DNA of 64,000 nt from Ascidiella aspersa (lineage: Eukaryota), in assembly GCA_963924565.1 (NCBI GenBank), contig OZ004613.1:25234001-25298000 (forward strand), in the 5' to 3' direction. A program made the position numbers and the translations under genes. The stretch's first letter is position 1, and each line of letters opens with the position of its first letter. Below are positions 1-13,926 of the stretch, piece after piece. The notes beneath the pieces were generated by a model that searched no databases, was not told the origin of the DNA, and worked only from the letters and a program-made list of their open reading frames with translations.

Positions 1-436
1 GACGTGTTTTTTTTTGTATTTTAGCTGACTTGGCGCACAAATATGTTGCGCTAATCGTGGCATAATAACACCCGGAAAACGATCTTCGTTTGGTATTGCA
101 GGTGGCGGAAGAAGTGCTTGTAATTTAGCGTAGTCCCGTACATGGATCTTCCAAAATCAATCACACATATTTCACGGTCTTTGTTTAGTTTCTCGCCTAA
201 AGTTAACGATTGCACACGAAGTGGTTTCGCTTTGCGTCTAAAAGTTCGCCTTTGCTGGACGGTAATGAACGGTTTCTAATTAGTTTTTTTATTTATTTAT
301 GACTTCATTACAATCACTATTTTATAACGTCATACCCGTCACTATTTTGTGACGTCATTAACGTCAGAAGGAAAACTGGGAGTTCCCTAAGTTGAAAAAT
401 CGTAATCCCCTTTTTGAATTTCTGGATACGCCCCTG
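1..436 (-). mobile_element. Interspersed repeat (partial) inserted near the start of intron 1 of SGNH gene copy A
   Basis: The reverse complement aligns with 49767-~50125 (shared cagcggcgtagccagaaat / tgccaagtcagctaa). After 436 the sequence matches copy B intron 1 from ~7500, where the element is absent. Confidence 0.7.
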
Positions 437-699
437 TGTATAGCGTTTCGTTCAGCGCTGTTGATAGAAACGTCGATTTGCATCACGAATTGTTGATGTT
501 TGTTGCGGTACATATGTTTTGTTTCAGAATTTGAATGCTTTTTAATGACTCCAGTGCACAAATCAAAGCGTATAAGTTTGGTGCTGGGTGAACGACCACA
601 ATATCCAATATATTCTCAACGTTATGTTTAAAGCCAATCAACTGCAGATTTCTGAAGCTGTAAAACCAGTGTGAACGATAAATCCTTGTGAATTTTGTT

Positions 700-865
700 A
701 TACGCCCTGTTTTTGCAGGATAGCTTTAGAAAGACTTACTAAAATCTGTCGGACCAACCAGGATTATCGTGCAAGCAAGACATAGGAAACTCTTGTCAGT
801 GCTGACAGAACTTACGACGTCGGCCTTAAAAGACAGTCGCTCTACCGCCTGAGCAAGGCTGGCTC
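700..865 (-). mobile_element. tRNA-derived SINE relic in intron 1 of copy A
   Basis: The minus strand reads gccagccttgctcaggcggtagagcgactgtcttttaaggccg, a tRNA 5' half/A-box. Paralogous copies lie at ~7780-7926 and ~19562-19720. Confidence 0.55.
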
Positions 866-1140
866 ATTGGAGCTGGCCGGAAAACTTCCATAGCACCGTC
901 GCACACCTCATCCTGTTAGTCTCCTCAAACTCATTTGACAATGAATAAACCGCCCTTATCAGTAACTGGATCATGCATTAAAACATAATGTTATTTTATC
1001 CCTTTGACATTGCGCTTATTATTAGAACACCGGGTTTCCAAGTCTTACAGAAAATAGTCTACCAATTAAATATATTGGGCCCACTGAACACAATAGTCTA
1101 ATTGGTGGTTCGTATAGGCAGGACTTCAGAAGGGCTAGAT

Positions 1141-1585
1141 CAGCGGTCGCCAAACTTTTTTTTTAATTTTGCCTGTTGGACCATTTGCAATGCTTTTTAT
1201 ATTACGCGGCCCTATGAAAATTCAAGGGTCAGTTGACCCATGTTTCTTGTAGTACACTGGTGCAGTTACGATTCTTTCTGATGTAACAACTTTTTCCGTG
1301 CTCAATCTGTTAGTACAAGCAACTACATATTTAAGGGGATCCACAGTACCGTATCATTATTCAATGAAGCATGCATACATATATGAGTGTTAACAACTGA
1401 GATCCAGCCCTTCTGAAGCTGATTTCTGATTCAAACGACGGATAATGTTTAGAACATAGACAAATGTTTAAAAACATTCGCTAAAGCTTAATGTTTGAAA
1501 CCTTAAGGACAATTCTCATTGCGGACCCTCTGAAACTGCTGCACGCACCCCGGTCGGTCCGCGGAATCCAGTTTAGGAACCGCTG
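1141..1585. mobile_element. Non-autonomous hAT element (MITE)
   Basis: Termini cagcggt...accgctg with a perfect 8-bp TSD ggctagat. Related copies at 8613-9071 and 47554-47963. Confidence 0.85.
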
Positions 1586-1685
1586 GGCTAGATCATGATG
1601 TATGAACAATGTTTGTAACGTATAGTTAGTTTAAATTATCAACGCAGCCAAGTAGGTTTTTACACTGCTTCGATTTAATTTGTAG

Positions 1686-3109
1686 CGCTCAACCGACGAT
1701 TGCTACATCTGTCGTGCCATCTCTCGCAAGTTGGTGCGATCCACACGGAAAGAAACCTTGTTGCAGTAATACCAATGACGGACTGTGCAGTTTTCCTTCG
1801 AACGACACTTGTGAATGCGAAGGGTAGGCAATCACACGCACAATAATATATTGTTTTTTTGTGCAGGCGCCAAGGTTATTCAAAAATGCGCACATTAATA
1901 GTTTACAATTTACTGGTACTGGAAAGCGTGCAGAACTGGGAGCTTAGCCTTATATAATTTGTTAGTTATCTATTTTGTTAGTTATACATTGTGATTCAGA
2001 TGTATGATCGTTTCGAAAACTTGTGCTCGGTAGCTCAGTTGGATGACCGATGTTGGTGTATGTCCAGTATGGATGTCATAATTAATAGTTATTTATTTTA
2101 AAATCAAATGCCCAACATTACACTATATTTAACAAACATGGAAAGCCGTAGAATTTTTGAGCTCCTAATTCACGGCTCACTGTAAAGAGCAAACAATCTC
2201 AATAAAAGTTCAAGTTGTGCAAATAAATGGAGATGTCTTTATTATTATATTGACAGCTGCCTCGATATGACCAAGTACAAGCACGCCGAGATTTCTCGAT
2301 GGGAAACCGAGGACGCGCTATGCAAGTGGAACAACTACAGCAGCACACAAGCATGTGACGTCATACGGGAGTCTCCCTACGACAACATCTACTTTGTGGG
2401 GGATTCCCTGATGCGAAACATGTTTATGACGCTCACCGTACTGCTCACGGGCGACCCCGTGCGGGGAGCGTGGGGAAAATCAATGACCGAGGAACAAAAG
2501 CAAGTTTGTGTTTCCAACGAGCTTTTGTGCCAGCTGGAGTGTAGAAGAGTTGTGACAAGTTCGGATAAACTCCTTTACCAAGAAAAGCTCTGCGGGGGAA
2601 CCAAACCCAACTTTACGATCGATATGCTCGTTTACTATAACAATGATCGCAGTAGGCTCTTTATTAACCACGTCTTGAAACTTCTGGGCAAACGCGGGTC
2701 GCTAATTGTGGTTGGGGTGGGATTTCATTTTCAGCTTGATGCGGAAACGGTAATCGGAAACTACTTAAACCCAGCCGTGGAAGCAATTGAGAATTTCTAC
2801 AAAGACAGTGGGCTGCCAGCCTCTAAAAGATGGCCGCGAATATTCTTCGTTAATCCGCTAAATCCTTCTTTCATGAAGCCAACTGTTCATCATAAAAAGC
2901 AAAGCAAGGCCGCGGTCGCTTCGTTTTGCTCGAGAATGAGCGAATATTGTCGCCAGCACGAAATCCCGCTGTTCGACTTCAGACAGCTCTCACATCACGT
3001 GCACAGCTTCGACGGAACGCACTTCGGCCTCGGCGTGAACTTGATGAAGAATCAGATCTTGCTCAACTACATTGCTGGAGAGGCGAAAGGGACAGATTGG
3101 CAGTCTTGA
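1686..3109 (+). CDS. SGNH/PC-esterase-like acyl-esterase/transferase with Cys-rich module, copy A (5'-partial; exon 1 lies upstream of the window)
   Basis: Exon 2 is 1686-1823 (138 nt, ag/gt) and exon 3 is 2257-3109, with compatible phases. Contains the FVGDSLMRN and SFDGTHF motifs and is near-identical to copy B. Confidence 0.85.
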
Positions 3110-3448
3110 TTAGAGATGTGTGATACTTGGCATTTTTAGTAGATAGCCTATATGCATTATATTATAGCGTTACTTATCACCAAATCCCAATCCTTTTATT
3201 TAGAGCTTTGCCAATTTTAATCTATTTTCGAATATGAACACAAAGGTGAACTTCAGATTTTGTTATTTTAATTATTTTGTAAGTAGAACAAAAAACATTT
3301 CTCATGTGAAACTTAAACTGCTACACTTCTTTTACTATAGAAATGTCTATTTTACTGTATAAAAAAAAATAGTCATATAGCTATACTATTAGAATCCTAC
3401 CATAAAAAGGTTGGGTTTTAAATGAAAAATAACTAGGCTATCTTATAC

Positions 3449-3760
3449 CAGAGATATGGAGTCGTAGTCGGAAGTCGGGACTCGAGTAAGACCACGTAAG
3501 ACTTCCCAAGTCCCGATTCCGACGTGCGCATGCGCAGTACAAAATTTCCTAAATGACAGTGTCGCAATCTGTAAATTGTAAAGATGTTGGTAATAAATTA
3601 TATGACACCCCTATCAGTATATTGCTGTATATTCACCAACTAAGTTATGAAAATGGGTAAAATACAGGCTGTAGAGTCGGACTCGAAAAAATTGCACATT
3701 TGGTCGGAGTCTGACTCGGGAGTCGAACTCGGGTTATTTTTAACCGACTCCGCGCACTTA
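3449..3760. mobile_element. Non-autonomous DNA transposon with gagtcg/cgactc subterminal repeats
   Basis: Flanked by the 8-bp direct repeat tcttatac. Same family as 48810-49474. Confidence 0.75.
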
Positions 3761-5374
3761 TCTTATACAGTTTATTTGCCTGTCGTGCATTAACTGATAT
3801 TGTGTCATACTAGAACCAAAATATTGGATTTTTTTTTAAAGTTGATAAAATATTTTTTTTGTGATAAGTAAACTAATTACGCTTATCATGTTTGTATTTT
3901 ATCCAGGCAGCACAAAAATCCTAATAAATTTTGAAGCAGATGCATGGGACTACACTAAACCATAATAGCCCCTCATAGCAATAGACGTCACCCAACACCC
4001 CGCATGCACCATTTACACAATCGCAATTTTCAAACAGCCATGTGAAATTTCGGCTGCATATGAAATACTGTGAACTTTAAGGCTTATAGCTGTGTTTGAA
4101 ACAATTCATTTTTGAAACGACTCATGTCACAATCTAAAAATCTTTAATCACCTTAAATCTAAGTCTAGTACTTTTCAACAAGTACCAAGCCATGTCCTGA
4201 GCTTAAGTTAACCGAGTGCAAGTTCTAGCCTAGTTCTTGCCATAACAAAAGTCATTTAAAATAAAAATTAACTTTACCAAAATCGGTGAAAAGCAGGTTC
4301 CATTATGCAAAAGGTTGCACAGGAAACAACAAACAAAAAAACAAAAAACAAGTTAATTTTTGGCTTTCAATGTTTGACGAAAATAACACCAGGGGCGAAC
4401 AAAACGCTATCAATTTGACCAGCCCTGTTTTAATTAAAGCTGATTAGTCGAGCTGCTACCGGAAAACCGTAAATCAATATCTTTCACTTATTCCAGTTAG
4501 GAATTCAAGCCCAGAGTGTGTGTGAATAGTTACCATGGTGTTAGCGAGACTGTGCACAATTCAAAACCTATAACAGCATGTTTTAGGTGGCATATGGCGC
4601 ATATCTTGTAGTTGTACACTTGGACTACGCGAAACTTCGTTATGCTAGCGAATAAAGAATCGCTGTACCGACTTGTATATCCTGATTAACTAAGCCTGGC
4701 GTGAAAATTGTGATTCCGATTCAGAAAAATATTAGGTGTATATTGAATGTACATTATAAAAAATAGAAAATGTCGAGTTAAACAAAAAGTAATAAAACTT
4801 TAGTTATTGTTTGATGCAAGGTAGAGTGTTTTTAATCTTAAACCAAAGTTCAAGGGTATTACGTTTAAATGAAACGGGTTTCATATTTTTCTTAATCGTA
4901 CAAAAAACTTGGATTTTCACTATTGGCCAGATTTTTCATGTTGGAAGGATTTCAAATCAAGCCATGACAAACAACTTAATATACAGTCATGTTTATTAAT
5001 ACGAAATATGTGAAAACCGGGGATATTTGATAAGGTGCTATTCTCGCACTACGTCTAACAACAACAAAAAATAAATATATATATTTATGCTCACTAAAAA
5101 GCATTTTCTAGGTTTGAAAAATACTTGAAGTAACAAATTGGTCAAAACCAAGACAGTAACTTTGTGTCGCATTTGTTTCTTACCGACGCAAAGCTTGCGA
5201 ACCAAATCTTTTCTGCACCTTCCACTGTGGACTGCTGTCATGAAAAAAAATCATATCACCAAAGTGACTTGCTTTTCGTACTTAATCACCCAAACCAGAA
5301 GTAAACGTGTCAGTTTGTAAGTAAAACGGTCATATATAGTGTGGTGGTGGGCAACCTGAAATTAGAGTCTAAAC

Positions 5375-5688
5375 CAGGGGTTCCCAACTTTTTTCCAATA
5401 CCGTACCACTTGGACATTTTCTGACGCCACGCGTACCACTTCTTCTATAACAGTGGTTTTCACCCTTTTTCTACCGCGCAACCTGTGGTAATTGTTCTGT
5501 GCCTTGCGGAATAATTACGTAACAATGAATAGGCTTTAGGTAAGTTTTTTTTTTTTAAATACAGACCAACAAAATATAAAGTTGTGAATCCAGGTTTTTG
5601 TAAAAAAAACGGAAGGTATACTCGCGTACCACCTGGAAAACCTTCGCGTACCAATAGTGGTACGCGTACCACAGGTTGGGAACCCCTG
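5375..5688. mobile_element. hAT MITE
   Basis: TIR caggggttcccaac/gttgggaacccctg, perfect TSD gtctaaac and internal cgtacca repeats. Confidence 0.9.
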
Positions 5689-7158
5689 GTCTAAACGAAA
5701 TCGTCAATTAGAACGCCCTTCTGTCGCATAAACATTTAAAAGTTTTAAACTAATCGAGTCCCACAATAAAACCGCAAATTTTGCATGTCGAGATCTTACC
5801 TATACCACGTAATTCCTGTCGCTAGTAATTTATTGACTGGAAACTGCCAACAGATGGCGACAAAAGCATTATTGAGAAACTTTTCTTTTTTTCTGGATCG
5901 TCTTAAATACAAGAAACTTGAACGACCCAGAAAAAAACAGTCAGTCGATCTGTTTTAAACTAAAAAGTCGATCCGTTCGTTTTAAACTGTCGACGCCTAG
6001 GGCTATTGTACCAGTTGTTCGAGTCCATCCATAAGTGGCCTGGCTAGCAACGAGACATCATTTTTCTGTTCAAGTATAATGCACCCAAACCAGCAAGACT
6101 TGGCCGTTGCCGAAAGTGTAAGAATATGGATTACCTATGTTGGGGCACAGACAACGCATTTACATGTATAGCCAATCTCTAAAACAGCCCCTCGCTTTTC
6201 CCTTGGACGTTTATTCGTGATATATATATATATATATCAAGTTTTAATGATGGCCATCGCTGAAAATCCTGCCAAAACAAAACGAGGTGTCATATTTAGA
6301 ACTCCTTCTCCAATTGTCATGCTTACAAGATTAACTGCCTCAGGCAGCAGTAATTGTTCGGCATACTGTAAGGCTTTTGACACTGATAGCAATTTATTGC
6401 GTAACTTAGTAAGATGGTAATAAAGCCTATTAGAGTTGCGTCAATTTTGAATGGTAGACATCTGCATGTGAAAAGGTTTAGTTTTCAAGCAAAATACTCT
6501 CTGGGTTTGTTTAGGAATGGCGGATTTAGATAATGCTGAAGCTAATCAGAATGCTATCATGGTAATGCTGACTCACCGAGGTTTCTCTTTGCCATTTTCG
6601 CAGAGAGCTGTAAACCCTATATTGATAGGTAATTGACATTATTATTGCGGACTTTTTTGTCGATTATTGTCAGTCATCGAATTGTGTTTGTGTTTCAACA
6701 CGGTCTTAACATAACATATATATATGACTTCTCTAGCCTTATTTAATTGTCTTATAGTGAAGTAAATCATAGGTAGAAAATGTCATGGAAATGTCATAAA
6801 TAATTGTTATTGTACGTAACAATGAGTTCTAAAGCACATTTTAGGCCATAACATTTAATTTAATTATTTTGTTCCACCGATTAGGTTAAGAAATGAAACG
6901 AAAGCATTGTGCGACGCTCTTAGAAAATTGAAACTAGCCTAATGATATAACTACCTGTTTAGCTTTGTCAAGGTTGCGATTTCATACACGCTTTTGTATT
7001 GTACCGCTACTGTTTTTTACAACTCATGTCTTCCCTATGCAGTAAACATTTAGATGTTTGTTTGCAAATTCATATTGTTTGCGTTATAGTTTCCTTTCCG
7101 GAATGTTGTCCCAAAGACCTGATCTTGGAATAAACGAATCGATGTAAACAAACAAACA

Positions 7159-10100
7159 ATGAAGTACTTTAAATTATTTTTGTCAATGTTGTTTGCCTGC
7201 CTTTACATCACATGGATTTGCTCGCATGAAAAATGGCCGCATCTTGCTGAACACGGCAGCCTCAGTATCAAGTCTGAAATTGATGAGCCGGGAATCAGAC
7301 ACGTCTACGCGTCAAGGTCGCGAGCTGCGACTTGCGACAATATTCTTCAAAACCTGACTCGTGGTCGGTGGAAAAGGGATTTGACCGCCAATGAGAGTTA
7401 CCTCGACTCTTTCATTAGCACTTGTCGGAGGGAAAGATTGATGATCGATCGGGTGTGGCGCAATGACGGGAAATGTGGTCATCTGCAGTAAGTTTATTGT
7501 TGTGTAGCGTTTCTTTCAGCGCTGTTAGGTAGAAACTTGGATTTGCATCACGAATTTTGATGTTTTTTGCGGTATATATATTTTGTTTAGGAATTTGAAT
7601 GCTTTGTAATGACTCCAGTGCACAAATCATAAACGTATAAGTTTGGTGTTGGGTGAACAACCGCAATATTCAACATATTCTCAACGTTATGTTTAATGCA
7701 AATCAAGTGCAGAACTTAAAGGCTGCAAAACCAGTGTCAGAGATAAATTATTGTGAATTTTGTTATACGCCTTGTTTTTACAGGATAGCTTAAAAAAGGC
7801 TTACAAAAATCAGTCGGACCAACCAGGATTATTTTGCAAGCAAGAAAGAAAACTTTTGTCCGTGCTAACAGAATTTATGACGTCAGCCTTAAAAGACAGT
7901 CGCTCTACCGACTGAGCAAGGCTGGCTCATTGGGGCTGGTCGGAAAACCTCCATAGCACCGTCGCACACTTCATCATGTTAGTCCCAACAAACTCATTTG
8001 ATAATGAATCAACCGCCTTTATTTGCAACTGAATTATGCATTATAAACATAATGTTATTTTATCCCTTGGACATTGCGCTTATTACTAGTACACCGGGTT
8101 CTTAAGTCTTACAGAAATTTATCTACCAATTAATCCCATTAGGCCGACAGAAGTTCTTTTGGCGGTTTAGTAACACAATAGTCTAATTCAGGGTGGTCCG
8201 GGCCACATGTGGCCTGCCACATTATTGTTCGCGGCTCGCGAAGCACTGTTGAATTTTTTGCAACGCGTACTGTTAGAGCAGGGGTGTCCAACCTTTTAGC
8301 TCTTGTCGGCCGCATTGACAGTCTTATTTTCCTCACGGCCGCAAGTTAATTTTTTTTAAGGATGACTCAAAAAGTTGTCAAATCGTGACGTCATATCATT
8401 ATTATTCTTAAAAAGACGTTTTGTTGTCTAACAAACTCGTGGTAAAATATGAAACCTAAATGCAGATTAATCGCGCGAAGCACGAATAAAAATGCTCCTG
8501 GCACGCATGGAGCCTGCTTTATGTGTCCCGTAAAGAATATGCAAGAATATTGTGGCCCGCGATGCTGTCAACCTTGGTTGTTCGTATAGGCACGATTTCA
8601 GAAGAGCTAGATCAACGGTTCTTAAACTTTTCTATAAATTTTGCCTGGTGGACACTTTGCAATGATTTTTATATTTTATTATTTTTTTTTTTCGCGTCCC
8701 TTTTTTTTTGGCCCTATGAAAATGGGTCAGTTGACCCATGTGTCTTGTCGTACACCGGTGCAGTTACGATTCTTTCTAATGTAAAATCTTTCTAACTAAT
8801 ATGAACGATTCGCTGATAGCATACTGCAGAATAATATTAGGTACTACAACATAATTTGGGATGTCACAAGAGACATCACAAAACACGCTTTATTATCGTA
8901 TAATAATGCATAACTAAACACGACAGATAAGGTTTACAACATAGACTAATGTTTAAAAACATTCGCTCAAGCTTAATGTTTGAAAACTTAAAGACTAATT
9001 CTCATTGCGGACCCTCTGAAACTGCTGCGCGCACCCCAGTCGGTCCGCGGACCCCAGTTTAGGAACCGCTGGGCTAGATCATGATGTATGAACAATGTTT
9101 ATGTAGTTATAGTTTAAATTGTCAACGCAGCCAAATAAGTTTTTATACTTCTTTGATTTAATTTGTAGCGCTCAACCGACGATTGCTCCATCTGTCGTGC
9201 CGTCTCTCGCAAGTTGGTGCGATCCACACGGAAAGAAACCTTGTTGCAGCAATATCAATAACGGAGTCTGCAGTTTTCCATCGAACGACACTTGTGAATG
9301 CGAAGGGTAGGCAATCAGAAGCAAAATAATTTATTGTTTTTTTTGTGCAGGCGCCAAGGTTATTAAAAAATGCGCAACAATACAATAATGTTTACAATCT
9401 ACTGGAAAAGCGTGCAGAACTAATAGCTTAGCCTTATGTAATTGGTTATTTGTCTATTTTGTTAGTTATATGTTGTGATTGTGATATAATATATAAATAC
9501 TATTTTTTAGCTGCATTGTTTATTCAAATTCAATGTTTGGGGCAGTTATGAAATTAAGCCTAAACGGTTCGATGATGCATTTCGGTAAAATAATTTTTTG
9601 CAGGGGTTATGTTTGTGGTTATGACTTACATGTAATGTAGTATGATTGTTTTAAAACTTGAAAACTTGTGCTCGGTAGCCCCGTTGGTTGACCGATGGTG
9701 GTGTATGTTCAGTATGGATGTCATAATTAAAGTTATTTATTCATTTTAAAATTCAATTCCGAACATTACACTATATTTAACAAACATGGAAAGCCGTAGA
9801 ATTTTTCAGCTCCTAATTCACGACTCACTGTAAAGAGCAAACAATCCCAATATAAGTTCTTTAAGTTGTGCAAATGAATAGAGATAGTTTTATTAAATTG
9901 ACAGCTGCCTCGATATGACCAAGTACAAGCACGCCGAGATATCTCGATGGGAAACCGAGGACGCGCGATGCAAGTGGAACAACTACAGCAGCACACAAGC
10001 ATGTGACGTCATACGGGAATCTCCCTACGACGACATCTACTTCGTGGGGGATTCACTGATGAGAAACATGTTCATGACGCTCACTATACTGCTCACTGGC

Positions 10101-10757
10101 GACTCCGTGCGGGGAGCGTGGGGAAAATCAATGACCGAGGAACAGAAGGAAGTCTGTGTTTCAAATGAGCTTTTGTGCCAGCTCGCGTGTAGAAGAGTTG
10201 TGACAAGTTTGGATCAACTCCTTTACCAAGAAAAGCTCTGCGGGGGAACGAAACCTAACTTTACGATCGATATGCTCGCTTACTTCAACAATGATCGCAG
10301 TAGGCTTTTTATTGACCACGTATTGAACCTTCTGGGCAAACGCGGGTCGCTAATTGTGGTTGGGGTGGGATTTCATTTTCAGCTTGATGCGGACACGGTA
10401 ATCCAAAATTATTTGAACCCAGCCGTTGAAGCAATTGAGAATTTCTACAAAGACAGTGGGCTGCCGGCCTCTGAAAGATGGCCGCGCATATTCTTCGTTA
10501 ATCCGCTAAATCCTTCCTTCATGAAGCCAACTGTTTATCATAAAAAGCAAAGCAAGGCCGCGGTCGCTTCGTTTTGCTCGAGAATGAGCGAATATTGCCG
10601 CCAGCACGAAATCCCGCTGTTCGACTTCAGACAGCTCTCGCATCACGTGCACAGCTTCGACGGAACGCACTTCGGCCTCGGCGTGAACTTGATGAAGAAC
10701 CAGATCTTGCTCAACTACATTGCTGGAGAGGCGAAAGGGACGGATTGGCAGTCTTGA
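7159..10757 (+). CDS. SGNH/PC-esterase-like type-II membrane protein with hevein-like Cys module, copy B (439 aa)
   Basis: Exons 7159-7487, 9169-9306 and 9905-10757 total 1320 nt, with canonical GT-AG and phase 2/2. The protein has an N-terminal hydrophobic anchor MKYFKLFLSMLFACLYITWIC plus GDS and DxxH motifs. Confidence 0.9.
7780..7926 (-). mobile_element. tRNA-derived SINE relic in intron 1 of copy B
   Basis: Paralogue of 700-865; the minus strand reads gctcagtcggtagagcgactgtcttttaaggc. Confidence 0.55.
8613..9071. mobile_element. hAT MITE (paralogous to 1141-1585)
   Basis: Termini caacggtt...aaccgctg, TSD agctagat/ggctagat. Confidence 0.8.
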
Positions 10758-12206
10758 TTAGAGATGTGTGATACTTGGCATTTTGCCCGACGCCGATATT
10801 TTGGGAAAAACTGCAGCAATCCGATGCGATTAAAAATGACGTCTTCAGTTTGATCAAAACCGTAGATTCAAAATTAAAAAAGGAAAATATTATTAAGCCG
10901 GAATTCGCTTTATCGTTAGGATGCTTTCATAACTTCACATTTAAAGTAATATTTTTACCTTTAAAAATAGAACTTTTCATTTTGGATCACAAACAATCTG
11001 AAAGGCACAAACTCATTTAGTATCACATCGGTAATAATATCTCCCTAGTAGCCTATGGGCCGGTTTAATGTTGCAGGAAATCCTTGTTCACTCTTTTCGC
11101 TATTCTTTTCGCTATTAAACAAATTTCACAATACAGATTTCTTTTGGAATTGTAAATGATATTATGCCATTACAGTATTTGCTTTAAAAAAACAAATTAT
11201 CTACAAATACTTGTTGCTATTTAGTAAGAAACCTCATTGTCTTATAGCAATGCGTTTTTTAATTGCAGATAATTTACGTGTTGCCTTGAGTATAATTATT
11301 TATTATTATAATCGAACCATCGTTTTGAGCGATTTTTATCAGTCAAGCAGCAACAGATATCTTACTGATAAGTGACAGACGAAACAACTGACATTAAATT
11401 TCTATCCAATTTTTGCATTTTTTAGTGAAATACAGGTTCAACTTTTATTTGAAATATAAAATCAATGTAATTTTGTGGGGTACGAGCAGCAAAAAAGGTT
11501 GGTAACCCTTGCCTTAATAACTTTTGTTAACCCGCAAATTGCACTTTGTTATTTAAAAGTTGTTTTGCAGGTTGTAACCCAGCGGTTCTTAAACTTGTTT
11601 GAGCGCGACCCAAATCTGAGTTTTATGAGCATCTCACGACCCAAGCCTCAAACATCAAAAAATGTACTTTTTCTGATATGAATGAAAAAAAAGACACAGA
11701 AAACCAGATATAGTACCCTACATATTTCTATGCAACAATGAGTGAGTACAAACAAATGATTAATTTATTTTAGTGTGATTGGTGAAACTGTCCTGTCTAA
11801 TATCAGCGTGGCTTGTTGTGGTGACTAAAAGCTTACACCAGCAGCTACTGTAGCTGGCTGCCATCAAAACCTTCATAAAACCACTTATGATGCAATAATC
11901 CAGGTTGCAGATTTGAAGCAACGTGAAAAGCTTAGAATTTTTCAGCAATAATTCAGTTATGATTGAACTGAAAATATTTAAAAAATAACATGAAAAAAGC
12001 TTTTTGACCCTGCGCGAATTTTTCCCAGAAATTTTATTAAAATCACTAATAATTACTTTAATACTTAAACAGTATACTCATAACTGACTGTCAAATGAGT
12101 AGTTACAATATATTTATCACCCAATACATTTAAAAGATATTGCACGTATCCAATAAAACGAAACTGAGTTTAAGAACCACGACCCTATTGTGTGGTGCAT
12201 GTAATT

Positions 12207-12605
12207 CAGGGGTTCTTAACCTTTTTTGTATATTTTACCCTTTTAACAAAGATGAATATCAGATTTACCCCCAACATATAAAATGGTTCTATTTTTTTTA
12301 AAAAAGAGTAGAAAATTATATTAGATATGAATGAACAATAAAGTTACTAAGAGATAAGGATGTTGCCAATTAATCAAAATAGCTATCATCGCGAAAAATA
12401 ATGTTACCGACACGATGATAAAGAATTATTAGGCTAACTTGAATTAGCAGTTAACCTGAACTAGGAAAGTAGGCCACCTATACCTATGGCTTGCACACTT
12501 TTTCTGTCCTGTCTGATGTGGATATTTTGATTGATAGCTCATTTATCCCCTAAAACGAGAAAATTCCCCCCCTGGGGTAAATTTACCCCCGGTTAAGAAA
12601 GGCTG
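12207..12605. mobile_element. hAT MITE
   Basis: Termini caggggttcttaacc...ggttaagaaaggctg with a perfect TSD atgtaatt. Confidence 0.85.
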
Positions 12606-12652
12606 ATGTAATTGAAAGGTTTTCGCCTAATTTGTGGTTCATTTTTACTTAC

Positions 12653-13004
12653 TTGCGATAACCACATTTTCCGTCGTCGCGCCAAAACCTTTTCAAGATT
12701 TTCTCTTCATTCCAAAATTTGCTGTAAAGTGCGTCGTAATAGCGTACGTTGCCTGACGGATCCCTTCGCCAGCTATACCATGAGTTATATTTGAAAGCAG
12801 GTTTTCACACCGCGGAGTTAAATTCTGCGATGTCGCGGGTTCTTCTTCAAATACTCGTTTGTTTTGCGACGTAAGAGGCTTAACCTTGCTGTAATATCGA
12901 CTCAAAGTAGTCGATATTGAGCGTTTTGCGTAGAAGTGTATCCATGCAAAACACACACAAGCGGCTATGACCAACGCGTGAAAAGTTAACTTTAAAGGTT
13001 TCAT
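12653..13004 (-). pseudogene. Orphan frameshifted exon 1 of the SGNH family (copy E)
   Basis: Reads MKPLKLTFHALVIAACVCFAWIHF...CENLLSNITHG, then a 2-nt insertion at ~12775, then SWRRDPSGNVRYYDALY...WRDDGKCGYR and a gtaagt donor at 12652. I found no exon 2/3 downstream on this strand. Confidence 0.8.
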
Positions 13005-13592
13005 TACGTGTCGGTCAGAGTTATTTGTCGGAGGCACTGTATTCTGTATACACCTTAAAATGCAGTATTGGGGTTATCGCAACTTAACATAGAGTAAAGA
13101 AAATTTTAAAAATATTGTCACGGTAGAAATAAGCGCGAAATAATTTGAAATTGTGTTTTAGAATTTAAGCATAGTGTTGTGAAATGTGAACACGACATTT
13201 TTGAATTTCTAAATTAAAAGGGTTATATGTCTAGGTCCACGGAGGATATCATTTTAAGTCGCTTACGACGTGCCTTATGTTAAACAAATAGTGCAGCAAA
13301 AATATTAAATTTATCCTAAAACCACAACAACAAAAGCAGCATCGGCAAGCAAACTGAATAACCTTTATAATTTAACTAAGGAAATTTGGGCAATATTTTC
13401 AAATATTTATTAAAAAATGCTTTTATTAGAATTACTGACACAAAGTCATTTGCTTAAGTTACTGAAGACCGAGTTTAGTTATTAGCCCTCAAGACTTAAG
13501 TGAATAAGTTTGTTAACAGCAGCATTTTAAATACAATTAGGCAAACCACAGGACACATAACGGGACCTTTCAAAGCAACAATCGCTATAAGG

Positions 13593-13920
13593 CAGGGGTT
13601 CTTAACTGGGGTCCATGGACCCCTTGGGGGTCCGTGAACTAGTTTTAGGGGGTCCATGAAACCCAATTGAAATATTAGTGTATATTTAAGAAGTAATATA
13701 TTTATCAAAAAAATAGAATAAAAACGGCTTTGCACTGATGCACACGGCTCCATTTCACTTTCACATTCACATTTTTCGACCGAAATCAGCAGATTTATAA
13801 AGTCTTTTTGTATTGTGACGTAAATTTGTGACGTCATTTTTAAAATGTTTGCGTACTGTGATCTGCGCGAGACAAAAAAAAATTCAGGGGTCCCCGGTAA
13901 AAAAAGTTTAAGAACCCCTG
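13593..13920. mobile_element. hAT MITE
   Basis: TIR caggggttcttaa/ttaagaacccctg, perfect TSD ctataagg and internal gggtcc repeats. Confidence 0.9.
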
Positions 13921-13926
13921 CTATAA

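Noticed and set aside
700-865. Functional tRNA gene (Lys-like 5' half)
   Set aside because: There is no intact T-arm or acceptor stem, and the copies are degenerate, intronic and followed by a shared non-tRNA body. A SINE relic explains it better.
2267-3109. The 280-aa ORFs as stand-alone single-exon or horizontally acquired genes
   Set aside because: Each has an acceptor 10 nt upstream of the ATG and joins in phase to conserved upstream exons.
2926-3123. Overlapping alternative-frame and antisense ORFs recurring in paralogues (e.g. 2926-3123, 10574-10771, 32544-32780, 45958-46365)
   Set aside because: These are shadows of GC-richer coding exons. They recur only because the host exons are duplicated.
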